Below, in pieces: positions 35,374 to 46,522 of a DNA stretch of 64,000 nucleotides. This stretch comes from Bacteroidales bacterium (GTDB lineage: Bacteria > Bacteroidota > Bacteroidia > Bacteroidales > UBA12481), in NCBI GenBank assembly GCA_041658425.1, contig JBBAAF010000001.1, positions 26,793 to 90,792 of the forward strand, given 5' to 3'. Position numbers and translations under genes: made by a program. The notes below the pieces were generated by a model. That model ran no database searches. It saw nothing but the letters and a program-made list of their open reading frames with translations, and had not been told where the DNA came from. The first letter of the stretch is position 1. Each line of letters starts with the position of its first letter.

Positions 35374-36422
35374 ATATTGTTGAGGCTTTATTGTTTGCCA
35401 TCCGAAGGGAAGCTACCCAACCGGTCCGGTTGATGGAAGTTTGCGGAGGACATACTCATGCTATCAGGAAATTCGGAATACCAGGACTCCTTCCCGGTAC
35501 GGTCAGCTTACTGTCCGGGCCCGGTTGCCCGGTTTGTGTAACCCATACCGGATTCATCGATCAAGCCATTCATTTGGCCCGAAACTATCCGGTGATCATA
35601 ACCACTTTCGGCGATCTCATCAGGGTACCCGGATCGGATCAAAGCCTGGAAACCGCCCGAGCAAACGGAGCAGATATCCGACTTGTCCTTTCTCCGCTGC
35701 AAGCTTTAACCCTTGCTCAAACCGAGAAGAGTAAACAAGTGGTTTTTTTGGGCATCGGATTTGAAACAACCGCTCCCTCGGTGGCCGTCACAATAAAAAC
35801 CGCCCTTGAACGGGGAATCGGTAATTTTTCTGTTTTGAGTGCCCACAAGATAATGCCGCCGGCTATGGCCGCTTTGGTCAATCATCAGCCCAACCTCGAC
35901 GGTTTCATTTGCCCGGGACATGTAAGTACCATAACAGGCTCGGCTATATATGAATTTCTTGCACAAGACCATGGAATACCTTGTGTTATTTCCGGTTTTG
36001 AAGCTTCAGATATTCTGGAATCAATATTACTGTTGATCAGACAGATAAATAGTCATCAGCCTAAAGTTGAGATTCAGTACAGGCGGGCTGTGAAAATGGA
36101 AGGCAATTTGAAAGCCCTGGAAATCATGCATGAAGTATTCGTCCTTCGTGACGATTGGTGGCGTGGGTTGGGAATCATCCCGAAAAGTGGCCTCATTCCT
36201 GATGGCAAGTATGCCGGTTTCGATACCCTGCAGCGATTTAACCTGCCTGAATTTCCGGATACCGGCAATCGTGGATGCAGATGCGGCGATATCCTCCGTG
36301 GATTAATTACTCCTCCTGAGTGTACATTGTATGGGAAAACCTGTACCCCTGACTCACCGGCCGGTGCCTGCATGGTGTCGTCTGAGGGGACCTGCCAGGC
36401 TTTCTACCGCTATCAGAATTGA
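35370..36422 (+). CDS. hypD: Hydrogenase formation protein HypD
   Basis: MEVCGGHTH, GPGCPVCV, GFETTAP and PGHVS motifs. It overlaps hypC as ATGA. Confidence 0.95.
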   Translation: MNIVEALLFAIRREATQPVRLMEVCGGHTHAIRKFGIPGLLPGTVSLLSGPGCPVCVTHTGFIDQAIHLARNYPVIITTFGDLIRVPGSDQSLETARANGADIRLVLSPLQALTLAQTEKSKQVVFLGIGFETTAPSVAVTIKTALERGIGNFSVLSAHKIMPPAMAALVNHQPNLDGFICPGHVSTITGSAIYEFLAQDHGIPCVISGFEASDILESILLLIRQINSHQPKVEIQYRRAVKMEGNLKALEIMHEVFVLRDDWWRGLGIIPKSGLIPDGKYAGFDTLQRFNLPEFPDTGNRGCRCGDILRGLITPPECTLYGKTCTPDSPAGACMVSSEGTCQAFYRYQN

Positions 36423-36438
36423 AAATGAAAAGCTAACC

Positions 36439-37452
36439 ATGAAAGACAAAATACTATTAACGCATGGTAGTGGGGGTCGGATGACCCGTGAATTGATACG
36501 CGATCTCTTTCAGCCCTACCTGAACAATGAATATCTTGAAAAAGAATCCGACGCAGCAATACTTCAACCGGTAACAGGTAAGATTGCGGTATCCTGCGAT
36601 GCATTCGTAGTTCATCCTATCATCTTTGCCGGAGGAGATATCGGCAAACTCTCAATATGCGGTACTGCCAATGATCTGGCGGTTGCCGGTGCCAAACCCC
36701 ATTCAATAACAGCTTCCTTTATTCTGGAAGAAGGACTTGAAAAGTCCCTTTTGGAAAGAGTGGTATCGTCCATGGCCCGTGAAATAAAACAACTCGATAT
36801 TGCACTGATTGCCGCTGATACCAAAGTGGTTCCAAGTGGTCTATGCGACAAAATATATATTACCACTACCGGAATTGGTACCGTTATTCCTGATCTAGAG
36901 CAGGTCTCCAACGGGAAAGGGATTCAGGCTGGTGATCGGATTATCCTTAGTGGCACAATCGGCGATCATGGGGCAGCAATCTTTTGTGCCCGGTATCCGG
37001 AGCATATTCTGACGACAATCGAGAGTGATTGTGCTTGCGTATATCCATTGATTGAAATGATTTCAAGCTTCGGCACTGGCATTCGGTTCATGCGTGATCC
37101 CACACGGGGAGGATTAGCAACGGTTTTATGCGAAGTCACAGAAAAGAAAGCCTGGGGCATCACTATTAAGGAAAGCCTTATCCCGGTAAGGAATGAAGTT
37201 GCAGGATTATGCGACCTGGTTGGTCTGGATCCCCTTTACCTGGCAAATGAGGGTAAGTTCATAATGGTTGCCGCTGAATCGATTTCAAATGAAATACTAA
37301 CCGCTTTACGATCTCATCCGCTTGGAAAAAACGCTTGTGAAATTGGTGTGGTCACCCGGGAAAATCCGGGTCGGGTTATTTTGGAAACCCCGATCGGGGG
37401 CACGAGATTATTGACCATGCTTTCAGGGGATCCCTTGCCACGAATTTGTTGA
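36439..37452 (+). CDS. hypE: Hydrogenase expression/formation protein HypE
   Basis: THGSGG N-terminus, AIR-synthase-like fold, and C-terminal PRIC motif. The ATG at 36439 avoids overlap with hypD. Confidence 0.95.
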   Translation: MKDKILLTHGSGGRMTRELIRDLFQPYLNNEYLEKESDAAILQPVTGKIAVSCDAFVVHPIIFAGGDIGKLSICGTANDLAVAGAKPHSITASFILEEGLEKSLLERVVSSMAREIKQLDIALIAADTKVVPSGLCDKIYITTTGIGTVIPDLEQVSNGKGIQAGDRIILSGTIGDHGAAIFCARYPEHILTTIESDCACVYPLIEMISSFGTGIRFMRDPTRGGLATVLCEVTEKKAWGITIKESLIPVRNEVAGLCDLVGLDPLYLANEGKFIMVAAESISNEILTALRSHPLGKNACEIGVVTRENPGRVILETPIGGTRLLTMLSGDPLPRIC

Positions 37453-37460
37453 ACCTTACC

Positions 37461-37802
37461 ATGCATGAATTGGCTGTCATAGAAGGAATTATAGAAACGA
37501 TGACTGAGGTCGCCGCAGCCAATCGTCTATCCAGGATCTCACGGCTGGATCTGGTTATTGGCAAAATGCACCAGTTGGTACCCGATATGCTTGAGTTTTC
37601 GTTTGAGACTTGCACGCAGGGTACCGTGGCTGAAAAGTGTAAACTTGTGATCGACTGGAGGCCAGTTATCGTGACTTGCCGTGATTGCAGTAACCGGTCT
37701 GAGATCATCGACAGTATATTTATCTGTCCGCATTGCGGAAGCTTCCGTCTCAATACTGAATCTGGTAAAGAGCTATATATTAAATCAATAACAGGAGAAT
37801 AA
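37461..37802 (+). CDS. hypA: Hydrogenase nickel insertion protein HypA
   Basis: MHELAV N-terminus (the MHE Ni site). Zn site CRDC...CPHCGS. Confidence 0.93.
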   Translation: MHELAVIEGIIETMTEVAAANRLSRISRLDLVIGKMHQLVPDMLEFSFETCTQGTVAEKCKLVIDWRPVIVTCRDCSNRSEIIDSIFICPHCGSFRLNTESGKELYIKSITGE

Positions 37803-37803
37803 A

Positions 37804-38466
37804 ATGGATATAGTATTAATGAAGAATGTTCTGGACAGAAACCAGAATAAGGCAGACGAAAACCGCCTGAGATTATCAGAAAGAGGTATTCTTATGATCA
37901 ATATTATCAGTTCACCAGGAGCCGGAAAAACCAGCCTTCTTGAAAAAACCCTAGCTCACTTTTCGGGGATATTGAAAATTGCTGTCATTGAGGGTGACAT
38001 TGCTACCGACCGTGATGCCCGGAGACTACAACCTTATAATTCCCAAATCATTCAAATAAACACCGAAGGAGGATGCCACCTCGATTCCCACTCGATTGCC
38101 AAAGCATTTGAGCATTTGGATCTGGACAAACTTCAATTGATCATTGTGGAAAATGTTGGCAACCTGGTATGTCCCGCAGAATTTGATTTGGGTGAAAACC
38201 ATAAGATAGCCGTGATCAGCGTTCCGGAAGGTGATGACAAGCCGGTTAAGTATCCGCTGCTGTTCAGGGAATCCTCAGCTATTATTCTGAATAAGACAGA
38301 TCTGATCCCCTATACAAATTTCAGCCTTGAACAATTCAGAAATTACGTTAGGGAACTGAATGGCAGTATTCCTGTTATGGAAATTTCATGCACCACCGGC
38401 TCAGGATTGTCGGTTTGGTTTGACTGGATCCGGGCTCAAATAAAAGAGAAAGGCGTACCTGCATAG
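37804..38466 (+). CDS. hypB: Hydrogenase nickel incorporation GTPase HypB
   Basis: P-loop SSPGAGKTSLLE, ENVGNLVCPA and NKTDL motifs. Confidence 0.95.
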   Translation: MDIVLMKNVLDRNQNKADENRLRLSERGILMINIISSPGAGKTSLLEKTLAHFSGILKIAVIEGDIATDRDARRLQPYNSQIIQINTEGGCHLDSHSIAKAFEHLDLDKLQLIIVENVGNLVCPAEFDLGENHKIAVISVPEGDDKPVKYPLLFRESSAIILNKTDLIPYTNFSLEQFRNYVRELNGSIPVMEISCTTGSGLSVWFDWIRAQIKEKGVPA

Positions 38467-38501
38467 ATACGCCTGTTTCCTTTTCTGCAGTCTGCAGTCC
38501 G

Positions 38502-39881
<1,380 letters not shown>

Positions 39882-39957
39882 TCAAGCTGATTTAATCACA
39901 CAGTTTTTATCAGGTATTAGTATGATTTTACTCAATATTCCTTACCCGAAAAGGCTA

Positions 39958-42900
39958 TTATTCAGGGTCAGCAGTTATCGCAGTTCCCCTTCCACCAAAT
40001 CCGGGCTTATAAATAACTCCGCGGTTCTGAGCCCCATCGATTTTGATGTGTAAAGGATCCTCAAACTGAATATGCCTGATATATTCATCCTCATAGACGC
40101 TTTCGAATCCCGAAAGGAAATCGAGATCATAGTAACCATCTTTCAGATAAGGATTAATAGTAAGATATCCAATCCGGAAGGAGGTAAGGTTCTGGAAGAA
40201 ATGGGTACCCTGGCTTGGGTCGATCCGGTAATCGGGAAGCCCGGATTCCACAATTACACGGGCAGCCGAAATCTGCGGCCATTTAACCGGGATCCCCAGC
40301 CAGGGATCACTTGAACCCCAGCGGCCAGGCCCTACCAATACATAATTACCGCCCTTGGTGATAAACTGATCATTCAACCTCTCTATCCGGCTGGTAATGG
40401 TATTGCTATCAGCAGCCCTGAAACATTCCGGTTTCACATAAACAAAGTCGCGAATGTTCCGGATAAGGCCGTTCCCAAGCGCTGAAACGGAATAAATGAT
40501 GGTATTCTCTTCAACTACTTCCTCGAGCCGGAAACTGAGTTCATCAGAATTTTCAACAACCGGCCGAATCTGAAGGAAATTGAATATTTTCGGTGTTCCC
40601 GGCGGCACATCGAGGTTGACTGCAAACTCCATTTCAATCGGATTGTTCATTTCCTTTTCACCGACTTTCATCAGGGTCATTAATATATCAGAAAGAGGAA
40701 AAGTATTGTGCTTCAGAATATTATTAAAGGTAATCACCCTCCTGCCCTTTTCGGTGAAATTGTCGCGGATGATATGGTTGTCCATGTCAAAGGTAGAAGC
40801 TACAAACCGTAAGGCTGAATCTTCTTCGGCATCGCGGATTTTCAGCTTCAAAATATTAACCCCGTCATCTGTGGAAGGATGGAAATGGTCGGCAAACAGA
40901 TCCAGCGCATAAAACTCGCGCTGCGTTTCCTTCAGGGCACTGTCGGCAGAGGATAGTTGCAATATTTTAGACGGATATTTCGGGGAGAATCGCAGTCCCG
41001 CACCTCCTTCAACAATCAGTTTACCCAATCCGAAAGCGATATTGGCAATGCCATCTTCCGGCCTTTCTAACCCGACCGGATAAAAATTAATCGACCGGAC
41101 CACGCCTGATATCGTTGGATAAAAGCGGTTTCCATATCGGTTCCCGCACACCTCCTGCAAAATTATAGCCATGCGCTCTGCATCAATCACATTTTGAGTG
41201 GCTGCCAGGTAAGTTTTTGAATTTTTGAAATATACTGAAGCATAGACTGACTTAATCGCATCGGAAAGCATATATACCATCTTCTGCTTATCTGATTCAA
41301 CCTTCGGCAGCATAAAAGTAGAATATATACCAGCAAATGGCTGATAATGACTATCCTCCAGCATGCTCGAAGACCTTATGGCAATAGGATTTTTTACCAC
41401 GCGGGCAAAAGCTTCCAGGTCTTTGTAAATCCGCACCGGAAGTGTAGCACCTACAAAACTTTGAAGAATCTGCTCATCGGTTAACCTCGAAGTAACCACT
41501 CTCCAGAGGTTATTCAGGTCCATAAACTCTTCAAAGACCTCGGTCGAAATAACCACTGTTCGCGGAATGGTGACCAATACCCCATCCCAATGGTTACCCA
41601 GATCATGATGCTTAATAAAGGAGTCAATAAAGGCAAGCCCTCTTGCCTTACCTCCCAGCGACCCTTCCCCGATTCTTGAAAACAGCATATACTCATCAAA
41701 CCGGGTCCGGTCAAATGTTGAAATGACTCCCCTGGCCTTCGATAAACGGTAGCTCGATATTATGTTGAAGATGTACTGCCGGCCGTCCTCCACACTTCCG
41801 AAATCCTCGAGTGTTTTATGTTTAAGATGACTTCCGATCTGAAAGAAAGCTCTGGCATTGAACCACTTAGAGAAATCATTATTATTAAAATGATATTTGA
41901 GCGAATGGGTCGGGATTTTTAAAATGATATCCTGCATCTCTTTCAGGTTCGAAGCCCTGCCGATCTCTTCCCCGGTTTCGGGTTCCCTGAAAATAAAATC
42001 ACCGAAATTCATGTATCTCACCATGAAATTCCTCAGTTCAATATCCAGCGTTTTGGAATATTTATGCAGAAAACTGGCGTTCAAATCGGTGGCGGCAGCT
42101 TGATTGCTTAATTCCGAAGATTGCAGCAGGAATGGCACATACGGATCAACCTCCCTTACCGTTTTGCAGAATTTCAGACCTGCTTCCTGGTCCTTCTTAC
42201 CTTTCCGCTTGTAAGAAATATCAGAAATGATTCCAAGAGTGCTATCCCTATACTTGTGGAAAAGATCCATGGCCGCTTCGTAATTGGTGGCGAGAAGAAT
42301 TTTCGGCCGGCCCCGCATCCTGAGCATCTTGCGATGTTCATTCAATCCTTCCAGCATGAAGGATTTAGATTGTTTGAACACAATCTTATAGATCGCAGGC
42401 AAAAAAGAGGAATAGTACCTGACCGAATCCTCCACCAGTAAAATGGTTTGGACCCCCACCTCATTAACGTCGTACACCAAGTTCATCCGGTCCTCAATCA
42501 GCTTGATGATAGCCAACAAAAGATCCGCATTACCCAGCCAGGAAAAAACATAATCGATGGCACTAAGATCTTCCTTCTCGAGCTTTATCGAGACCTCCCT
42601 GCTAAAATGAGTCAATACAACAATCGGAATATGAGGATATTCGGACTTTATCTTTTTTGATAACTCAAACGGGTCCATTTCGCCAACGCTCAACATCGAA
42701 ATAACCAGGTCGATGTGTTCCCGCTCCAGGTGATCAAAAGCTTTGCGGGCAGTATTGGCCTGAATAAAAACCGGCGGATACCTAAGGTTAAGCGCAACAT
42801 ATTCATTAAAAATCTGCTCATCGATCCGCCCGTCCTCCTCAAGCATGAAGAAGTCATAGTTACTGCAGATAATCAATACTTTATTTATCCGGCGCTGCAT

Positions 42901-42966
42901 AAGGAATTTAAATTCCGCTTCGCCGAAATCGGTATTTGGCCGGTTTAATTGGGTAAATTCTTGCAT
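39958..42966 (-). CDS. Large signalling protein of unknown function: pseudo-receiver, receiver (REC), central domain, and a PPDK_N-type PEP/pyruvate-binding ATP-grasp
   Basis: VLIICSNYDFFMLEEDGR is REC-like but lacks the acidic pair. ILLVEDS...GIISDI is a canonical-looking REC. GSLGGKARGLAFI is the PPDK_N/PpsA N-terminal signature. The C-terminus has GPGRWGSSDPWLGIPV and GTHFFQNLTS. No swivel-His GGxTxH motif is seen. Confidence 0.75.
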   Translation of the reverse strand: MQEFTQLNRPNTDFGEAEFKFLMQRRINKVLIICSNYDFFMLEEDGRIDEQIFNEYVALNLRYPPVFIQANTARKAFDHLEREHIDLVISMLSVGEMDPFELSKKIKSEYPHIPIVVLTHFSREVSIKLEKEDLSAIDYVFSWLGNADLLLAIIKLIEDRMNLVYDVNEVGVQTILLVEDSVRYYSSFLPAIYKIVFKQSKSFMLEGLNEHRKMLRMRGRPKILLATNYEAAMDLFHKYRDSTLGIISDISYKRKGKKDQEAGLKFCKTVREVDPYVPFLLQSSELSNQAAATDLNASFLHKYSKTLDIELRNFMVRYMNFGDFIFREPETGEEIGRASNLKEMQDIILKIPTHSLKYHFNNNDFSKWFNARAFFQIGSHLKHKTLEDFGSVEDGRQYIFNIISSYRLSKARGVISTFDRTRFDEYMLFSRIGEGSLGGKARGLAFIDSFIKHHDLGNHWDGVLVTIPRTVVISTEVFEEFMDLNNLWRVVTSRLTDEQILQSFVGATLPVRIYKDLEAFARVVKNPIAIRSSSMLEDSHYQPFAGIYSTFMLPKVESDKQKMVYMLSDAIKSVYASVYFKNSKTYLAATQNVIDAERMAIILQEVCGNRYGNRFYPTISGVVRSINFYPVGLERPEDGIANIAFGLGKLIVEGGAGLRFSPKYPSKILQLSSADSALKETQREFYALDLFADHFHPSTDDGVNILKLKIRDAEEDSALRFVASTFDMDNHIIRDNFTEKGRRVITFNNILKHNTFPLSDILMTLMKVGEKEMNNPIEMEFAVNLDVPPGTPKIFNFLQIRPVVENSDELSFRLEEVVEENTIIYSVSALGNGLIRNIRDFVYVKPECFRAADSNTITSRIERLNDQFITKGGNYVLVGPGRWGSSDPWLGIPVKWPQISAARVIVESGLPDYRIDPSQGTHFFQNLTSFRIGYLTINPYLKDGYYDLDFLSGFESVYEDEYIRHIQFEDPLHIKIDGAQNRGVIYKPGFGGRGTAITADPE

Positions 42967-42967
42967 A

Positions 42968-45900
42968 TTATTCAAATTCCTGACAATCCCGCTCATTGCT
43001 AATCCGGATTAGAGACTGTCTCTTTTTACCGTCCATGACGATATCCATATCGTTCTCAAATATAACATGCTTGAAATACCGCCCCTCCTCAATAACAGTC
43101 TGCTGCTGTATTAAATCGTACTGAATGAAATTCTTACCGCCTGTATGAATGGAAAAGTACCCCACATTCATGGAAGTTACGTTATGGAAAAAGTGGGAGC
43201 CAAGAGAGGCATCCAACGGAAAATCAAACAAATCGGTCTCAACAATTACCCTGGCGTTTGAAATTTGTGACCATTTAACCGGAATCCCGATAAATTTATC
43301 ACGCGACCCCCATCTTCCGGGACCAATCAGTACATATTCCTTCTTCAGCTTTCTCATTTCTATATTCATATGCTCGATTTCAGCAGCCATTTCCTCAGTC
43401 TTCATCTTGTCAAATTTCTGAGGATCAAGAAAGATCAAATCACGGATACATCTCAATCTGCCGTTTCCGAGGCTTTTTTCGGAATATAATATAGAATTCG
43501 AATGATCAACCTGGTCGATATCCACCGTAAAATCCTCATCTGCGCCAACCATGGGCTTAATCTGGAGGAGGTAAAATGATGCGCGATGCTGGCTGTCGGG
43601 CATTAGATCCACCGCATATTCAATTTCAACGGCCGTTCCAAGAGCTTCATGAACAACATCCAGAATAACCTCAACTGTTTTGGCAAGAGGCGTATATCCA
43701 AAATGAAGGATATCTGCAAAATTCAGCACACGGGGGCCAAACCCCTGCAAGCCAGGATCAAGCCGGTCATTATTAGCATTATATACCGAGGCAAGATGAT
43801 TAATGGTTCCATGCTTCTCTGCGACGGAGATATCGAGTTTAGCCAATCCTGCTTCTTCTCCGTCAAGGAGGTTCAATTCTCTTTTTTTGAGATCTGCAGC
43901 ATAGAAACAGACCTGCGAGGTTTTCAGCTGATCCTTGAGGGAAGAGATCTGCAAGGTGGGATACTTCGGTGAAAACCGCCATGCTTTCTCGCCCTCCATA
44001 ACATACCTGCCTAATCCGAGGGCTATCACGGCGCAACCATCATCGGGTTCCATATGAGCAACCGGATAGTAGTTATAGGACTGAGCCGTACCGCTAATGT
44101 GCGGATAGTAGTATTTTTCATACTCATTACCAACAAGTTCCTGGATAACCACTGCCATTTTCTCCTCTTCAACCCGGTAATTGACCGCTTCAAAATACAT
44201 CCTGGCCTCGGGTGAAAAAATGGAGGCATAAACCATTTTGATCGCATCCTGCAATTGATCGTACCTGACATTATAATCTGGATCAGAATTCGGCAGCACA
44301 TAAGTTTCGAAAATGCCCGCAAACGGATGAAGCAGGGAATCTTCAAAAATACTGGACGAGCGAATCGCGAGCGGCATGTTCAACAGTTTCAGAAATGTTT
44401 TGAGTTTCTTCTTTAGGTTGAACGATAAATCGCCGGCCAGGAACATTTCCCTGACTTTCATATAATCCTGTTCATCAAGGACCGGGCTGGTGAGGTTGTT
44501 CCGTTGCATGAATATTTCAAATTCATCGGTTCCGATGATCGCCGTGCGGGGTGTGCGGATATTGATGTCGGGTATAATATGAGTAAAATCAAGGTTATTG
44601 ATCAGGGTATTGATAAAGGCCAGGCCACGGCCCTTTCCTCCAAGTGATCCGGTACCCAGACTGACTATATTACGCCAGTCGAGGACGGCGGTTTCGTCAA
44701 AGTTGACCACCTTTCCCTTGTCTTTATCGATCCGGTAATTCTGAATCACATCGATGATATACTCACGGAGTTCCTTCGGGCTGCTAAAATCACCGGCCTT
44801 TATCGGGTTGATGATTTTGGCAAGCTGAATCTCACCCCTGGCCATCAGCCATAAAGAAAAATGATTTTTTAGAGCATGGTATAGAATCGATTCTTCAGGT
44901 ATCGTTCGCAAATGATTCTCAAAATCCTTCATCGACCGGGCCACAGCGATTTTCCGCCCCTGGTTATCACGGTAAACAAAATGTCCGAATCCCAGTGAGT
45001 AGGTGATAAAGGTTTTCAGATCCTGGAGCAATGTTTCAGAGTTCTTGTTCATGAAAGTTGCCTTGAGCTCAACAGCAGCCGAAGCACATTCAGCATCAGA
45101 GGATTGCAGGATCATAGGCAGATCGGGCCGGTGCGAATGAACATAACGGAGAAAGCTGATACCTGCGGTTTCATGGACTAATCCTCCCCGTCTGAATTTC
45201 ACGTCGGAAATTACGCAGGCCAGGTAATCCTGATATTTATTAAAGTAATTGATTGCCTCCTCATAGTTGGTGGCCAGGACAATCTTGGTACGGGCTCGCA
45301 TTCGCGACACCTTATCGAGTTCATTGGTATTGGCCTCGGCGATTAATTCCTGGGTTTGCTCAAAAACCAGTGTGTAGAGCATCGGAAGGTATCTGGAATA
45401 ATACCGGGGAGAATCCTCAACCAACAGGATCACCCGCACCAGTCCCACTTTGGTATCATTCTCCAGATTCACTTCGTCTTCCAGGAGTTTTACCATGGCG
45501 AAGAAAATCTTTGAATCCCCGTTCCATACAAACAACCGGTCGATCGCTGGCAGTATGGATTCCTGTTCATCAAAGAGGCCGATCTTCGAACTATTGTTGA
45601 GCAGCAAAAAGATTTTCATCTCGGGGTACCTTCTTCTGATCCGCTCAGCCAGCTGCAATGGGCTTCGTGTATCTACGCCCACCATCAGCACCACAAAATC
45701 GAACGACTTCTCTTTCAGCATCTCCAGTGCATCATCCGCGGAGGTGGCTCCGGTAATCCTTGGCAGGGACGAGAGACTCAGGTGGTAAACTTCGCCCATG
45801 GTCTGCTCGAAGAAACGGTCTTCATTTTCAAGGATAAAGGTGTCGTACAGAGTGGCAACCAGCAGAATTTCAGATACCTTAAACCTCATCAGATCATGGA

Positions 45901-46489
45901 AAATATTCTTGTCGGCCGTAAGTTTGCTGAGAAACTGCTGAAGCAGCAGCCGGCTATCCTTCATCGATTCCGTATAAACAATCTTCTTGTATTTGTAATC
46001 ATCCCTTTCACGGGGCGGTTTCACAGCAATCGTCTTCCCTAACAATCCATTCAGATATCCGGTGATCAATCCGGCTATATTGTTAATCAGATTTCGCTCT
46101 TCGTTCAGGAAGGGTCCTTCATCAGCTTCCGGCAATTGTTGCGTATAGAATACCTGTAATAACCCTCCTTTACCATCTGATGAAAAAAATTCCTGCTGCT
46201 GCAGCCATTCGGTCTGCTTGAACCGCAGACTCTGATACTCCTGATCGTCATATAGGATCCGTGCACAGGCTTTCTGCGGGTATTGCCATCCCCGCGGCAA
46301 TATAAGCGCGATCTGCCTGAGGGCTTCAGGCAGTGGCTTCCCCTCCGAAATGATAGTGGTCGTGCGGTTAATCGTCATGAGCTCCTTCACACGCTCCGTA
46401 TGCTCAGCGAGCAGCCGTTGCAGGTCGGGACGTTTGGTGCGGTTCTGTTCCATGGCAAAATTATTCTCTGCTATTGCCGAAGATAGCAA
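42968..46489 (-). CDS. Paralog of 39958-42966 with an extra N-terminal GAF-like sensor domain (GAF-like, pseudo-REC, REC, PPDK_N ATP-grasp)
   Basis: N-terminus LPRGWQYPQKACARILYDDQEY...GPFLNEERNL. ILLVATLYDTFILENEDR; ILLVEDS...CVISDV; GSLGGKGRGLAFI; GPGRWGSRDKFIGIPV; GSHFFHNVTS. An alternative start at 46453 is possible. Confidence 0.75.
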   Translation of the reverse strand: MLSSAIAENNFAMEQNRTKRPDLQRLLAEHTERVKELMTINRTTTIISEGKPLPEALRQIALILPRGWQYPQKACARILYDDQEYQSLRFKQTEWLQQQEFFSSDGKGGLLQVFYTQQLPEADEGPFLNEERNLINNIAGLITGYLNGLLGKTIAVKPPRERDDYKYKKIVYTESMKDSRLLLQQFLSKLTADKNIFHDLMRFKVSEILLVATLYDTFILENEDRFFEQTMGEVYHLSLSSLPRITGATSADDALEMLKEKSFDFVVLMVGVDTRSPLQLAERIRRRYPEMKIFLLLNNSSKIGLFDEQESILPAIDRLFVWNGDSKIFFAMVKLLEDEVNLENDTKVGLVRVILLVEDSPRYYSRYLPMLYTLVFEQTQELIAEANTNELDKVSRMRARTKIVLATNYEEAINYFNKYQDYLACVISDVKFRRGGLVHETAGISFLRYVHSHRPDLPMILQSSDAECASAAVELKATFMNKNSETLLQDLKTFITYSLGFGHFVYRDNQGRKIAVARSMKDFENHLRTIPEESILYHALKNHFSLWLMARGEIQLAKIINPIKAGDFSSPKELREYIIDVIQNYRIDKDKGKVVNFDETAVLDWRNIVSLGTGSLGGKGRGLAFINTLINNLDFTHIIPDINIRTPRTAIIGTDEFEIFMQRNNLTSPVLDEQDYMKVREMFLAGDLSFNLKKKLKTFLKLLNMPLAIRSSSIFEDSLLHPFAGIFETYVLPNSDPDYNVRYDQLQDAIKMVYASIFSPEARMYFEAVNYRVEEEKMAVVIQELVGNEYEKYYYPHISGTAQSYNYYPVAHMEPDDGCAVIALGLGRYVMEGEKAWRFSPKYPTLQISSLKDQLKTSQVCFYAADLKKRELNLLDGEEAGLAKLDISVAEKHGTINHLASVYNANNDRLDPGLQGFGPRVLNFADILHFGYTPLAKTVEVILDVVHEALGTAVEIEYAVDLMPDSQHRASFYLLQIKPMVGADEDFTVDIDQVDHSNSILYSEKSLGNGRLRCIRDLIFLDPQKFDKMKTEEMAAEIEHMNIEMRKLKKEYVLIGPGRWGSRDKFIGIPVKWSQISNARVIVETDLFDFPLDASLGSHFFHNVTSMNVGYFSIHTGGKNFIQYDLIQQQTVIEEGRYFKHVIFENDMDIVMDGKKRQSLIRISNERDCQEFE

Positions 46490-46522
46490 GATTCAGATTA
46501 AAAACCGAACCAGAAAGAATCG

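Noticed and set aside
46456-46463. A TAATTTTG (-7 box-like) motif on the minus strand upstream of the first REC-PPDK_N gene
   Set aside because: It lies inside the longest ORF and only 3 nt from the alternative ATG at 46453. That is too close for a normal leader, so it cannot be distinguished from a chance match. Whether the gene has its own promoter or reads through from korB remains open.
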